Shown here one piece after another: positions 39,091 through 48,543 of a DNA stretch of 64,000 bases. Made by a program: the position numbers and the translations under genes. Each line of letters begins with the position of its first letter. Position 1 is the first letter of the stretch. Location of the stretch: the IMG/VR virus record IMGVR_UViG_3300042914_003341; one strand, given 5' to 3'. The stretch comes from an uncultured virus (IMG/VR IMGVR_UViG_3300042914_003341) (Duplodnaviria > Heunggongvirae > Uroviricota > Caudoviricetes). Under the pieces are notes generated by a model that saw only the letters and a program-made list of their open reading frames with translations, ran no database searches and was not told the origin of the DNA.

Positions 39091-39288
39091 TCACAGGAAC
39101 ATGTCAGCCAGACAAGTAAATTTATCCAAGAATACGTACTCCGCGAGGTGTATTTCAAATGAATGCGTGTCACCAATGCTACAACACAAAGTAGGAACAA
39201 CATACCGGTAGTTGTAGCTAGTCCAATCGTCATAGAACGAGTTGCTATAGTCAATCAGCGCATCAAGCGGAAGTTTGTTTGATGTCAT
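39091..39288 (-). CDS. ELAD-motif family protein
   Basis: C-terminus FLDKFTCLADMFL*; ATGA-coupled to the ligase gene. Confidence 0.75.
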   Translation of the reverse strand: MTSNKLPLDALIDYSNSFYDDWTSYNYRYVVPTLCCSIGDTHSFEIHLAEYVFLDKFTCLADMFL

Positions 39289-40364
39289 GACGTGCTTGAT
39301 GGTTTGTTGAACACTGGTGCGGCATAACGCCATTTGTGCGTTTGAGGCTGATGGAATCCTTGTCTGACATATTTTCCAACAAGCTTGTGGTAGTCTTTGA
39401 TGTGAAAACCATTCACTGGTCGTACGACATAGCCTTCACAGGGATCGCCGCAGAACTCTGTTGGAATCCATCCTTTGCTAGAGAATAGCTTCTCATCAAA
39501 CTTGCCGCGATACAACTCTGGAACAACTGGGAGGTTCAACAATTCAGACCATTCCTTGAGTTCATCCCAGCTTAAACAGTTGCCGTCACCTTTCCAGATA
39601 TTGAACACCTGATAGAACCACCTGAGATGATTGATCAGGTTTTGATAATGGATTGTGTGTTGCCTGACCAGGTTCTCGCCGCAAACTCTCCAGCCACTCG
39701 GAATCTCGCCGCCAGACAATTCAGCAGCCAATGCCTTGATTCTCTCGCTGTTCGGTGTGCTCAGTGGTTCAATCCTCCTGGCATGAACATAACCATCAGA
39801 ATAGATTGAGCAGTTCTCACCGTCTTGTTTCACAGTCACCACAACATCCCCACAGGATTTGATAGGAGAAAGATCTGTGATGATCCTGTCGTCCTTTGTG
39901 GCGCCAGTACTCCAAGGCAAGTGCCACGTCCTAGGAGGCTTCACATATTGTTTCTGAAACAAGTGAAGTACCGGCGTGATCACCTTCTGGACTGACTCAT
40001 CCCAGAACAATGGTCCAGGTGTCCTAGTACCGTCTGATAGAACGAGATTGCCCCACTTGTCCCAAGTTTCATCTGGATATAGCTGTGGAGGTAAGAGAAC
40101 CTCAGAGATCCCTGCCAACTCGCGGAGTTTCTCACAACTAATCTCCGTGCTCTCTGCCTTCATGTGACAGTCAGGGTCACAGAGAGTGACTCCGTTGTTC
40201 AGGTAATAACCGCCATCACTCCAGAGCCTTCTTTCAAGGATGTGGTGTGCGTCAAGCGGTGTGTGCTTTGGAGTTTTGCCGCAAACAACACACTCATAAC
40301 CATCCCGCTTGAACACGGCTTCTCTGAACTGATCTCGCGTGAATAGCTTTGGAGTTGCTGACAT
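39285..40364 (-). CDS. HNH domain fused to an RNA ligase (Rnl2-like nucleotidyltransferase)
   Basis: N-terminal CVVCG..LDAHHI..NGVTLC..CH; C-terminal PRTWHLPWS, KQDGEN, VCGEN, VFNIW, EGYVVR, KYVR. Confidence 0.85.
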   Translation of the reverse strand: MSATPKLFTRDQFREAVFKRDGYECVVCGKTPKHTPLDAHHILERRLWSDGGYYLNNGVTLCDPDCHMKAESTEISCEKLRELAGISEVLLPPQLYPDETWDKWGNLVLSDGTRTPGPLFWDESVQKVITPVLHLFQKQYVKPPRTWHLPWSTGATKDDRIITDLSPIKSCGDVVVTVKQDGENCSIYSDGYVHARRIEPLSTPNSERIKALAAELSGGEIPSGWRVCGENLVRQHTIHYQNLINHLRWFYQVFNIWKGDGNCLSWDELKEWSELLNLPVVPELYRGKFDEKLFSSKGWIPTEFCGDPCEGYVVRPVNGFHIKDYHKLVGKYVRQGFHQPQTHKWRYAAPVFNKPSSTS

Positions 40365-40372
40365 GATGTTTA

Positions 40373-40639
40373 TTATCTTTGGGATGGGTGAGGCTCTGAT
40401 GGATCTTTGTATTCTAGCCTGTCTAGAACATCATTCAATCCATGGTAGTCACCAATAATGGTGTTCATCTTACATTCAGGACAGCAAATCGCAGCATGCC
40501 TAGCACCATAACTGATTCCATCCCAAGGGAACAGATCGCTCTGTCTGAACTGCAAAACCGCATCGCACTGTTTGTTGTCACAGTCAACGCGATAGACCTT
40601 GACATCTTTCTGCTTCTTTCCAACTACTTCTACAGCCAT
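40373..40639 (-). CDS. Zinc-ribbon hypothetical protein
   Basis: CDNKQC...CPEC. Confidence 0.65.
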   Translation of the reverse strand: MAVEVVGKKQKDVKVYRVDCDNKQCDAVLQFRQSDLFPWDGISYGARHAAICCPECKMNTIIGDYHGLNDVLDRLEYKDPSEPHPSQR

Positions 40640-40826
40640 TGTTCCTCAATCCTTCTTGTTGGTCAGATCATCGATCAGGTTGCGCGCGGTAAAGGCATAG
40701 CCCACGGTGGTCTTTCTGGAACATGATGGACACTCGATCTGATATTCATGTTCTGAGATCTGAACTCCAGTTACCGCGCAGATTTCCATGACTGGTTTAT
40801 CCTGTCTATGTTACGAGACAATTGCT

Positions 40827-40900
40827 TGGTACGCCTGCTGTGATTTGAACACAGCCTAATCGGATATAAGCCGAAACCCGACAACCAATCGGACAGGCGC
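40827..40900 (-). tRNA. tRNA-Ile(TAT)
   Basis: GCGCCTG/CAGGCGT-A-CCA; TCGG CT TAT AT CCGA; CTGTG TTCAAAT CACAG. Confidence 0.8.
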
Positions 40901-40915
40901 ATGAGACAGAAAACC

Positions 40916-40990
40916 TGGAGCCCCCGGTCGGAATCAAACCGACATTATCCTCATTACAAGTGAGGTGCATCGTCATTATGCTACAGGGGC
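40916..40990 (-). tRNA. tRNA-Thr(TGT)
   Basis: GCCCCTG/CGGGGGC-T-CCA; CCTCA CT TGT AA TGAGG; GTCGG TTTGATT CCGAC. Confidence 0.9.
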
Positions 40991-41084
40991 TTGTGAGCGT
41001 GACACTAACTACTATCTCTAGTGTCTTTGCTCGGTGAGGCGATGAACTGAATCTATCAGAGGCCAGCTAAGTTGTCAAGGAGCT

Positions 41085-41276
41085 CTACCGGGTTTCGACG
41101 AGCCCTTGGGCTTCCAGGGCTACGAATACTCGGTAATATGATCCTTGAAGTCCAGTAAGCACACCTGTATCATACAGCCGCTGAAAAAAATCAGGAACGT
41201 CATCTGCTTCCATCGTCCCAGATTCGTAGTCAATGATCTGATCAATGATGTCGCAGCCGTCCGGAGTTTCTGACAT
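41085..41276 (-). CDS. Small hypothetical phage protein
   Basis: IIDYESG..FFQRLYDTG..LQGSYYR. Confidence 0.7.
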   Translation of the reverse strand: MSETPDGCDIIDQIIDYESGTMEADDVPDFFQRLYDTGVLTGLQGSYYRVFVALEAQGLVETR

Positions 41277-41463
41277 GATCGTGTTCTTTCTGGTGGTTTG
41301 TGAGTTGCTGAAGACACTGAGACAGTAGCACGTGCTGGGAGGGTTGTCAAGGACAGCAAAGTGACATGGCTGAGTTGTTGCGGCGGGATTCTATAACAAT
41401 CCTCTTACCTGTGTCAGTAGAAGACTGACCGCAACACATCACTGAGTCAATTGCTGGCTGCGA

Positions 41464-41979
41464 TCACTCGGCGGTGATGGCGTCAGCGAGCGAGGCCACG
41501 TCAGCGGGGAGCTCCGCAGTCTCGGGGCCAGCCTCGATGGCGGTCCCCACGTCAGCGGCCACCGTGAGGTCGGTGGAGACGGGCGAGAGGTTTGCCACGA
41601 CAAGTCCACCGGCCTGCTCCACCAGGGCGGCGACGGTGGCATCCACCGCAGCAGCACCGGCAACCTGCGCGGCCTTGGGAGCCGCGGGAACCCGCTTCTC
41701 AGCGGGCGGGGTGGTGAAGCTCTCACGAGCGGGGACACCGATGTTCGCGAAGTGAGTCGCGATCTGCTCAGGGCTCCAGTCGAAGACGTACGCTCGACGC
41801 CCACGCTGACCGGACACACCGTGCTCACCGATCACCTTGATCGCCCCCGCGGCGACGAGGTAGTTCACGAGGCCGCGAGCAACCTGCTCGTCAACCGCCC
41901 GACAGGACCGGCGTAGGTGCGCGGTGATGTCGACGAGAGTGTGGCCCTTGCGAGAGATGAAACGAGTAGTCTTTGCCAT
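41464..41979 (-). CDS. Putative winged-HTH protein with Ala-rich tail; paralog of 2361-2918
   Basis: TLVDIT..ARGLVNYLVAAGAIKVIG..GQRGRRAYVFDWS; very high GC3. Confidence 0.6.
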   Translation of the reverse strand: MAKTTRFISRKGHTLVDITAHLRRSCRAVDEQVARGLVNYLVAAGAIKVIGEHGVSGQRGRRAYVFDWSPEQIATHFANIGVPARESFTTPPAEKRVPAAPKAAQVAGAAAVDATVAALVEQAGGLVVANLSPVSTDLTVAADVGTAIEAGPETAELPADVASLADAITAE

Positions 41980-42128
41980 TGTGATAACCAAACCTTTCTT
42001 TGAGTGTTGCGGCTGCTTGGCGACCATCGCCTTGCTTTGTGTTGCCGCGTCGTTGATGATCAAGTTGTATCAGAGGCTGAGAGGGTTGTCAAGAGGTTGA
42101 GCAAACCGCTTGTTTGCCCGCAAGGTTG

Positions 42129-42380
42129 CTAGTCGTTGTCGATCAGGCGGGCGCGTAACACGAGCCTGTTGTGTTTGTCAAGATCGATCGGACCAAAGTC
42201 TAGCTGGTCATCGATCATGTAGTGTATTGTCTTTGCATTCCAGATTGATTTTGATTCAATGATCTTGCAAATGGCAGGGATCTCGTAAGTCCCTGGCGCT
42301 GCCATGATTGTTTCATAGATCAATGCGCTGATCTTTGAGCGAGTGTCGCCGTCAAGTGATAATAGAAATAGTGGTATCAT
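42129..42380 (-). CDS. Hypothetical protein
   Basis: Minus-strand ORF. Confidence 0.6.
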   Translation of the reverse strand: MIPLFLLSLDGDTRSKISALIYETIMAAPGTYEIPAICKIIESKSIWNAKTIHYMIDDQLDFGPIDLDKHNRLVLRARLIDND

Positions 42381-42394
42381 TGTGATTTCTTGGT

Positions 42395-43993
42395 TTAGTC
42401 GCGGCCGGATTCTTTTGCACCCTCAGCACGAATTGCTGTTGCAATTGCTCTGAGTGCTTTGGCTTGGTAGTTTGTGTCACAATGCCCAGAGCGTTGTTCT
42501 GTGAGTGCTGGCGTTGGCTTGATCCGGAGATAGTCCAAACGATCAAACACAGTCTTTGTTTCGTAAATCCTGCGGTAGATAACATCCTGGCACTCCCGGA
42601 TAGACAGATTGGATTTTGCAGCGATATCCTTGAGGAAGATATCTCCATCAATCACTGTGCGAAGGAACAAGCTGAGTAATCCTTCATAGAATGGCGGCGC
42701 TCGGTCTAGATCAAAAACAAACCTAGAGCATTCTTCCAGGGCACTCTCAATCCTTTGCCTGGGCGTCTCGCCTTCTCTGACATAAACTGCCGTTCCCAAC
42801 AGATAGTCCAACTGCTCCTGCATCATTTCTAGAAAATGATCGTGTTTGTCAGAAACTTTGAAGTTAGCAGGTACGTTGAGTTTTAGTGATTTATTGTTTC
42901 CATTTGTAATAGCTTGGTTGATGTAGTCAGAAAGCTCATGAGCAAACACAACAAAATCATCTTGTGTTATGTTGTGCCTACCCCAGTCTCGTTGACCTTT
43001 TGGTACAGGCAAAGCAAGAACTGCTTTCCAGGCAGCTTCCGAAACATATGCAAAACCAAGTTTGACTGCGCTGAGGTGCAGTCGGTTAACTTGCTTGGTG
43101 TTTGTGAGGAAATCAGCTTCCATACGAAGAACACCTTGACGATTTGCGTGCTCAATCTTCGAAGCAAGTGCGTCAAGTTGCGCATCTGGCAGCCGCACAA
43201 CCAGCGTGACATCTTGAACATTTTCAAATGGTGTTTTTGCGGCGGGATCCTTCGTCAGCTCTTTGTAGCGATAATCATTTTCTGGACGCTCTACCAGCCA
43301 ACCAGCAGAAGTAGGATTGTTTGCAAAAACACGGCACACCTCATCATGGAACAAATGATAGGCGTCAATCAACGCCTGATGCAGCATCCCCTTTGTTCCA
43401 GTGATCTTCTTGCTGATCGCGACAACTCCTGGCCTGATGTTTCCAAGGCGATATCTAGCCGCAGGATTTGATCCAGTAATCACTTCATCAATCACTTCAA
43501 TCGTTGGAGCTCCAGATTCTGCAATCGCTTTCCTGATTGAAGACACATAGTATTGAAATTCTTCCTTTGCTTTGTCGCTGAAAACATGGTATGAGTTGCT
43601 GGCCAACGTCTCAAAATCATCGCCCAGCACGCTGTTCAAATAATCCGTACTGAATGGTCTGATGTTTCCAAACACATCATCCTGACACATGAGCTCAAGG
43701 TCGGTCATGTCCGGATTTGTTCTTTTGATGTAGTCAGTGATGAATTTCACAGAAGTGCTAGCACAGACTGCTTCTGCAACTTCCTCCGGAGTGTTGTTTT
43801 CTTTACTCCCAGGTTCTGGAGGCGTAGCTAGCCAGTGTGTGTAGTTGTCATGAACAAAGAACGGCAGGGAGAACAGCCACCATGGGCCATACTCAGTAGG
43901 TTCTTTGTATGGAGTTTCCCCCATCGGAAGAACCATGGCACGTTTGGTGATTGGAGCGCGAGATACAGTGCAGGAGTGAAAAGAATTGCTCAT
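42395..43993 (-). CDS. Large hypothetical protein (532 aa)
   Basis: Long ORF; no motif recognised. Confidence 0.8.
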   Translation of the reverse strand: MSNSFHSCTVSRAPITKRAMVLPMGETPYKEPTEYGPWWLFSLPFFVHDNYTHWLATPPEPGSKENNTPEEVAEAVCASTSVKFITDYIKRTNPDMTDLELMCQDDVFGNIRPFSTDYLNSVLGDDFETLASNSYHVFSDKAKEEFQYYVSSIRKAIAESGAPTIEVIDEVITGSNPAARYRLGNIRPGVVAISKKITGTKGMLHQALIDAYHLFHDEVCRVFANNPTSAGWLVERPENDYRYKELTKDPAAKTPFENVQDVTLVVRLPDAQLDALASKIEHANRQGVLRMEADFLTNTKQVNRLHLSAVKLGFAYVSEAAWKAVLALPVPKGQRDWGRHNITQDDFVVFAHELSDYINQAITNGNNKSLKLNVPANFKVSDKHDHFLEMMQEQLDYLLGTAVYVREGETPRQRIESALEECSRFVFDLDRAPPFYEGLLSLFLRTVIDGDIFLKDIAAKSNLSIRECQDVIYRRIYETKTVFDRLDYLRIKPTPALTEQRSGHCDTNYQAKALRAIATAIRAEGAKESGRD

Positions 43994-44024
43994 GCCATGA
44001 GACTAACATGAGACTGAGATGGCG

Positions 44025-44228
44025 TCAAGATGACTGTGAGGTGCTGTCTTCGTTGTCAGAATTGCTCTCGGCGTAATACTCATCCAGAATATCACGCACA
44101 AAGTTGCGTTGACCACCACGAGGACCAGACTTGTGAGATCCTGCGCCAGAACGCAGAGTCGCAGCCATCACAACGGCGCGATTGGTGTGACAATCCGTGG
44201 ATTGAAAATGAATGATGTTGCTAGCCAT
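44025..44228 (-). CDS. Hypothetical protein
   Basis: ORF behind promoter at ~44265. Confidence 0.55.
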   Translation of the reverse strand: MASNIIHFQSTDCHTNRAVVMAATLRSGAGSHKSGPRGGQRNFVRDILDEYYAESNSDNEDSTSQSS

Positions 44229-44317
44229 GGTGGTACTCCTTACTCTCTCTCTTGTTGATGAGTTAGATAGTGACAGACTCTTGGTGTTCTGTCAAGACCA
44301 TTGCTGCAAAGCCGGTG

Positions 44318-44572
44318 TTAGTCGAGTTGGGCTGGTGGATGATAGCCGCGAATATCCTTAGAAGTCTTGCCTTGGAGAAACTGAAACAGTCGTTGTGCAA
44401 GCCTACCAAACCAGTTCAGGTTCCTTGGCTTTTCGCCGCCATACTTCTTCACAGAACCCCAGAGCATGATCAGGTTCTGCGAGATTATCACGACAACCAC
44501 GAGCATGAATGCGACAAATGCAATCAAACCAAATGCCGCGAATGCCCTAATGACGAATTGAAATATAGTCAT
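44318..44572 (-). CDS. Small membrane protein
   Basis: N-terminal TM segment from MTIFQF. Confidence 0.6.
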   Translation of the reverse strand: MTIFQFVIRAFAAFGLIAFVAFMLVVVVIISQNLIMLWGSVKKYGGEKPRNLNWFGRLAQRLFQFLQGKTSKDIRGYHPPAQLD

Positions 44573-44579
44573 TGGTTGT

Positions 44580-45017
44580 TCAGTTTCCAGTGATGATGTT
44601 GACGCTGTTGTATGGCCGACAGATGTTGTTGGTTTGATCAGTGATGCTCTGGTCGGCACACTCGATCTGTTCAGTGGCCCCTGCGCGATTGCTGATCATG
44701 CAGGTTACGTAACCATTCGCATCATTGTCAGTCCCAGCGCAACTAACCCACGGATTGTTCCAGTCGCTGTGAACATTGCTTGCATAAACCATGGCCAGTG
44801 CCTCTGCGCGCATCCTGGCTCGACGCGGAGTGGTGCCGGAGTAATGAAACACTGCCAGAGCAAATGCTCCAAGAAACCCCAGTGCAACCAGACCAAAAAC
44901 CATGGCTGAGATGATCGAGATGCGTCGGCTCGTGCTGTTGAAATCGCGTATGAACTCATCATGCTCTGCCAAGGATTTGTTTCCTGGAAAACGACCCCAA
45001 GGCATTGGAGGTGGCAT
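44580..45017 (-). CDS. Single-pass membrane protein with a Cys-containing C-terminal domain
   Basis: TM segment followed by CAGTDNDANGYVTC..EC..C. Confidence 0.7.
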   Translation of the reverse strand: MPPPMPWGRFPGNKSLAEHDEFIRDFNSTSRRISIISAMVFGLVALGFLGAFALAVFHYSGTTPRRARMRAEALAMVYASNVHSDWNNPWVSCAGTDNDANGYVTCMISNRAGATEQIECADQSITDQTNNICRPYNSVNIITGN

Positions 45018-45086
45018 AGTAGAATCCGTTCCTTTCTCTGTTGTGTTGTACAGATACATGGACCCTAGCATGTTGCTGGGATGGTG

Positions 45087-46079
45087 TCAAGTCATGACTG
45101 AATGCACGTCGATGATCTCCCATGGTTTCCCGCGCGCATCACAGATTCTTTCAAAGAAGATATCAAACTCTTTCGTTTTATATCTTGGGAGTGGGAGTTG
45201 GCCGCTGCGCAACCAACTGCATATTGCCGTTGCCATGTCATAAGACCAGTTGGTTTCTTCGAGACATGAGATGATCCAATCAAACTCCGACGCAGGTATT
45301 GGTTCACAGTCAGCAGATGCATAAGCAAATGTATCACTGCATCTAAGTTGTGGAAACATGCATGCTGGGCGATAATCATGGACATATGTGTCATAGTAAG
45401 GAAACATCAGCACCTGATCATGGTACAGTTTTCCTTTGACCAAGCGAAACAGATCGGATAGGTCTTTAGAGAGTTTGCGGCAATAATCCTTGTCACTGAA
45501 CCGATCTGCTGCTGTCTTTGTTCTATAGAGATAGAACGTTCTGCCAATCACAATTGAATTGCTGGCAAGGTCATGCGGCAACACCATGTCTGGCGGCACA
45601 ATGTTCTCGTGTTGCAGCATGTTTTGGTACCAGAATTCCTTCTTAGTCAGAGTTTCAAAGTCATCGGTTGGTTTCGAAATGCACAGATTGTAAATGTCTC
45701 TCAAGCTAGGTCGATCATCTGCATGATGATAAGCCATGTATGAATAAACATTCTCCAGCACATCAGGAGCAAACAGTGCTTTGGTTGCAAAGATATTGTT
45801 GCGATAGTCTACATCTGGCCAATGATGCCATACACTCACTTGCACCATGTGCTCTGGGCTGTATGACTTTTCACAGGATTCATCATCTGTGCCATACAGC
45901 GCGCTATCGTACATATCTGCAACAAGGACTCTGGCAAGATATATCAACAGCTCTTCTTGCGCCTCTGGACTGCCAGTGCTGACAATATCCTCCCAGTCAC
46001 CAAGTTTAAACTGGCAATATATGCCAGCAATTCCAAGGAATGAATTGCCTGTTTCTATTGTGTGTTTTATCAGAGACAT
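45087..46079 (-). CDS. Hypothetical protein (330 aa)
   Basis: Long ORF; stop within the next -35. Confidence 0.75.
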   Translation of the reverse strand: MSLIKHTIETGNSFLGIAGIYCQFKLGDWEDIVSTGSPEAQEELLIYLARVLVADMYDSALYGTDDESCEKSYSPEHMVQVSVWHHWPDVDYRNNIFATKALFAPDVLENVYSYMAYHHADDRPSLRDIYNLCISKPTDDFETLTKKEFWYQNMLQHENIVPPDMVLPHDLASNSIVIGRTFYLYRTKTAADRFSDKDYCRKLSKDLSDLFRLVKGKLYHDQVLMFPYYDTYVHDYRPACMFPQLRCSDTFAYASADCEPIPASEFDWIISCLEETNWSYDMATAICSWLRSGQLPLPRYKTKEFDIFFERICDARGKPWEIIDVHSVMT

Positions 46080-46636
46080 CGGTGATATCCAGTAATCTGT
46101 TCTAGGAATTTCTTGAATGACACAGGGGCTGGGGAGTTGATTGTTTCAACGCTTGCGCAAGCCCCTCTGTCTGCTGGGAGAATATCTTTCTGATAACCTA
46201 AACTGTGCGTGTGGCCGTGGAGGTATAGCCGCCGAGGGTGATCGGTTGGCCAATACTTCTCTCTGAGATGATGTGGATTGTGCGCACAAACAACCTCCCA
46301 GCCATCATCGGTTCCGAATGACAGTCGCGTGTGAACCTCATCAATTCCTGCGGCAAGCAACGCTGTTCGCTTCCTGTCATGGTTTCCATGAACTAGTATG
46401 ATCTTGCCATTGAGAAGAGAACGTACATACTTCAACAACTCAGCATTTCCCAGACAGAAATCACCAAGGTGAAGCACCGTTGCATCCTTCGGAACAGCCC
46501 GGTTCCATTCCTCAATCATATGCTTGGTCATAGCATTGGAATCAGCGCCCCATGCTCTGCGCATTGGTTCGTACTCCGGAATCATCTTGTGATAGAAGTG
46601 AGTGTCTGATATGATGAAATCAGGTTGACGATCCAT
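46070..46636 (-). CDS. Calcineurin-like metallophosphoesterase
   Basis: ISDTHFYH, HLGDF, HGNHD, HGHTH; probable leaderless start MDRQ. Confidence 0.9.
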   Translation of the reverse strand: MDRQPDFIISDTHFYHKMIPEYEPMRRAWGADSNAMTKHMIEEWNRAVPKDATVLHLGDFCLGNAELLKYVRSLLNGKIILVHGNHDRKRTALLAAGIDEVHTRLSFGTDDGWEVVCAHNPHHLREKYWPTDHPRRLYLHGHTHSLGYQKDILPADRGACASVETINSPAPVSFKKFLEQITGYHRCL

Positions 46637-46656
46637 GACACCACCATAACACAAAC

Positions 46657-46890
46657 CTATCCAGGTGTCAAGAAAAAGAAGTCACAAAGACCAGAGAAAT
46701 GTAACATATGGTCCAACTCACGGTCTTCAAAAACCATCAACATTGTGCGGCCAACAAACATGACCGACATCACTCCTGCGCGTGCAGGATCTGGCACGTC
46801 AGAAAGACCGTTGATACTGACCATAAACCGCAAAAGCCATACTTGGTAGTCGAGGTATTGAATGTTTGCAAGTTCTTCTTCTGTGTTCAT
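46657..46890 (-). CDS. ELAD-motif family protein (divergent)
   Basis: C-terminus HFSGLCDFFFLTPG*. Confidence 0.6.
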   Translation of the reverse strand: MNTEEELANIQYLDYQVWLLRFMVSINGLSDVPDPARAGVMSVMFVGRTMLMVFEDRELDHMLHFSGLCDFFFLTPG

Positions 46891-47108
46891 TTGTTGTTGT
46901 TCACCGAAAGAATATCACCCAGCATTGCTAGAATCAACGCGTTGTGAATCTCTAGCAATTTCAGATCAACTGATTCGAACACCAAAATCGACAACACTCC
47001 TTGAATGGCTATGCTGTATGGTATGTCATCTCTCAGACTGTGCACGCGTTTTGTGTACCTCAGTCTCCAGCGAGCAAAGAATAGACCATACGCATATTGT
47101 TGAGTCAT
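46887..47108 (-). CDS. ELAD-motif family protein (divergent)
   Basis: C-terminus ILAMLGDILSVNNNK*. Confidence 0.6.
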   Translation of the reverse strand: MTQQYAYGLFFARWRLRYTKRVHSLRDDIPYSIAIQGVLSILVFESVDLKLLEIHNALILAMLGDILSVNNNK

Positions 47109-47605
47109 GATTCTGTCGCGGGCCACCAGTCCGGAGCTCCGTGTGGCGACCTGAGCCATGAAGCAAACCCTGATTTCTCACCCAAGTAATAGCCTCTGTA
47201 CGATTTTACAGGGTCACCACCCGGATCTTTGTATTGATCGGGCATAGCCAGAGCCCAGCGGCTTGGTTGGATTATAGGACCGCTTAGCGAGAGGATCAGC
47301 TTTGCTTTCTCAAACACCTCATAGCTCTTGTGGATCTTGCCGTCAAACCTTGAGCTATATTCAGCAAACATCTCTTCTGTGTGAGTGATCAACCAGCGTG
47401 CATGTGCTGGGGAGCTACCAACCCAGAGAGTGCATGGATGATTGGCGTGTGTTGGTTTGTAAAGTCTTGCCGCAGTGTTTGGCCGTTGTTTCCTTGCGAC
47501 GGTCGAGAGCATCTGTGTGCTTTCTAGCACCATCTTCACGACATGTTTGTCACAGAGGTTTCTTGCGGCAATCACCGGGTTCTTGTCTACTACAAAGATG
47601 TTCAT
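47105..47605 (-). CDS. Pyrimidine-dimer DNA glycosylase / endonuclease V (DenV)-like protein
   Basis: MNIFVVD.NP..AA..LCDKHVVKMVLESTQMLST..YKPTH.NHPC..W..AMPDQYK..SYR.YY. Confidence 0.85.
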   Translation of the reverse strand: MNIFVVDKNPVIAARNLCDKHVVKMVLESTQMLSTVARKQRPNTAARLYKPTHANHPCTLWVGSSPAHARWLITHTEEMFAEYSSRFDGKIHKSYEVFEKAKLILSLSGPIIQPSRWALAMPDQYKDPGGDPVKSYRGYYLGEKSGFASWLRSPHGAPDWWPATES

Positions 47606-47633
47606 CGTAGGACTACCTTAGCACACTCACAAG

Positions 47634-47909
47634 CTACCTGTCAAGGAGAAGCATGTCGCAAAGCTCACAGAAATCGAATGCCCTTGTCAGCGTGATTGGA
47701 GCCCACTGACTGCCCAGATAAGGAAATCTGGTTTCAACTGTTCTTCCGGCTGATTCTGTGAATGTAGTCAGTTCAATGCAGTGCGTGATGCTGACAGAGA
47801 AAGTATAGAAGAAAACCTCATCCATCTTTTCTGATTCAAACTCGATGCGCCGGAAAACTGCCCTGCTCCAGTCAAACACGTTTGATTTTCTAGGATTTGA
47901 TCTCAACAT
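47634..47909 (-). CDS. ELAD-motif family protein
   Basis: RFPYLGSQW..DFCELCDMLLLDR*. Confidence 0.75.
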   Translation of the reverse strand: MLRSNPRKSNVFDWSRAVFRRIEFESEKMDEVFFYTFSVSITHCIELTTFTESAGRTVETRFPYLGSQWAPITLTRAFDFCELCDMLLLDR

Positions 47910-47923
47910 TTTACCACCAATCC

Positions 47924-48160
47924 TTATTGCAAGGCATCTGCGAGAGAAACAAACAAATCAATCTCCTGTGTCTCTTCCGGTACGGCCGAGGCGCCGGAGT
48001 GTCTGAACGGGTGATAGACGTGCGCAATTGTCGTTCGCAGATCTTGTCGAACACAGTAATGCACGTTCCCGCTGCCAACTATGAGGAATGTCTTGATTGC
48101 GTTGTCGGTTTCGAACGACTCATTCCACAGGCGCATCAGTTTGGTCGTGATTTCTGCCAT
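47924..48160 (-). CDS. ELAD-motif family protein
   Basis: C-terminus LFVSLADALQ*. Confidence 0.75.
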   Translation of the reverse strand: MAEITTKLMRLWNESFETDNAIKTFLIVGSGNVHYCVRQDLRTTIAHVYHPFRHSGASAVPEETQEIDLFVSLADALQ

Positions 48161-48161
48161 G

Positions 48162-48218
48162 TCAACAATCCTCCTGGTTTGTGCTCAGTTGCAAACAGTC
48201 AGCCAAACATAGAAACAT
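48162..48218 (-). CDS. 18-aa micro-ORF or remnant consisting almost only of the ELAD-type motif
   Basis: Hand translation MFLCLADCLQLSTNQEDC*. Confidence 0.35.
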   Translation of the reverse strand: MFLCLADCLQLSTNQEDC

Positions 48219-48249
48219 GTCAATACCAGATCGTAACCCTTTGACATTT

Positions 48250-48543
48250 TCATTCTCCTATCGGATCGATTGGCAAAAGCAGCATATCACAGAGCTCTGC
48301 GAAACGCAACTCGCTTTTGCCTGTGTTCCATTCGCCGCCAAGATAAGGCATTCGACTGCGCAAAATTTCCGAATTATTCAGACGAGCACAATCAAACATA
48401 TCGACCAGTGCCCATGTCAATGCTGGTCGGTAGCACCAGACGCGATCCAAATCATGACAGAGCTCTTTGATTGATATCAGCAGTGGATGATCGTCGCGGA
48501 AAAAACCTTCAGGATGCTTGCTGTAGTTTATAGAACGTTTCAA
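48250..48543 (-). CDS. ELAD-motif family protein
   Basis: RMPYLGGEW..RFAELCDMLLLPIDPIGE*. Confidence 0.75.
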   Translation of the reverse strand: MKRSINYSKHPEGFFRDDHPLLISIKELCHDLDRVWCYRPALTWALVDMFDCARLNNSEILRSRMPYLGGEWNTGKSELRFAELCDMLLLPIDPIGE

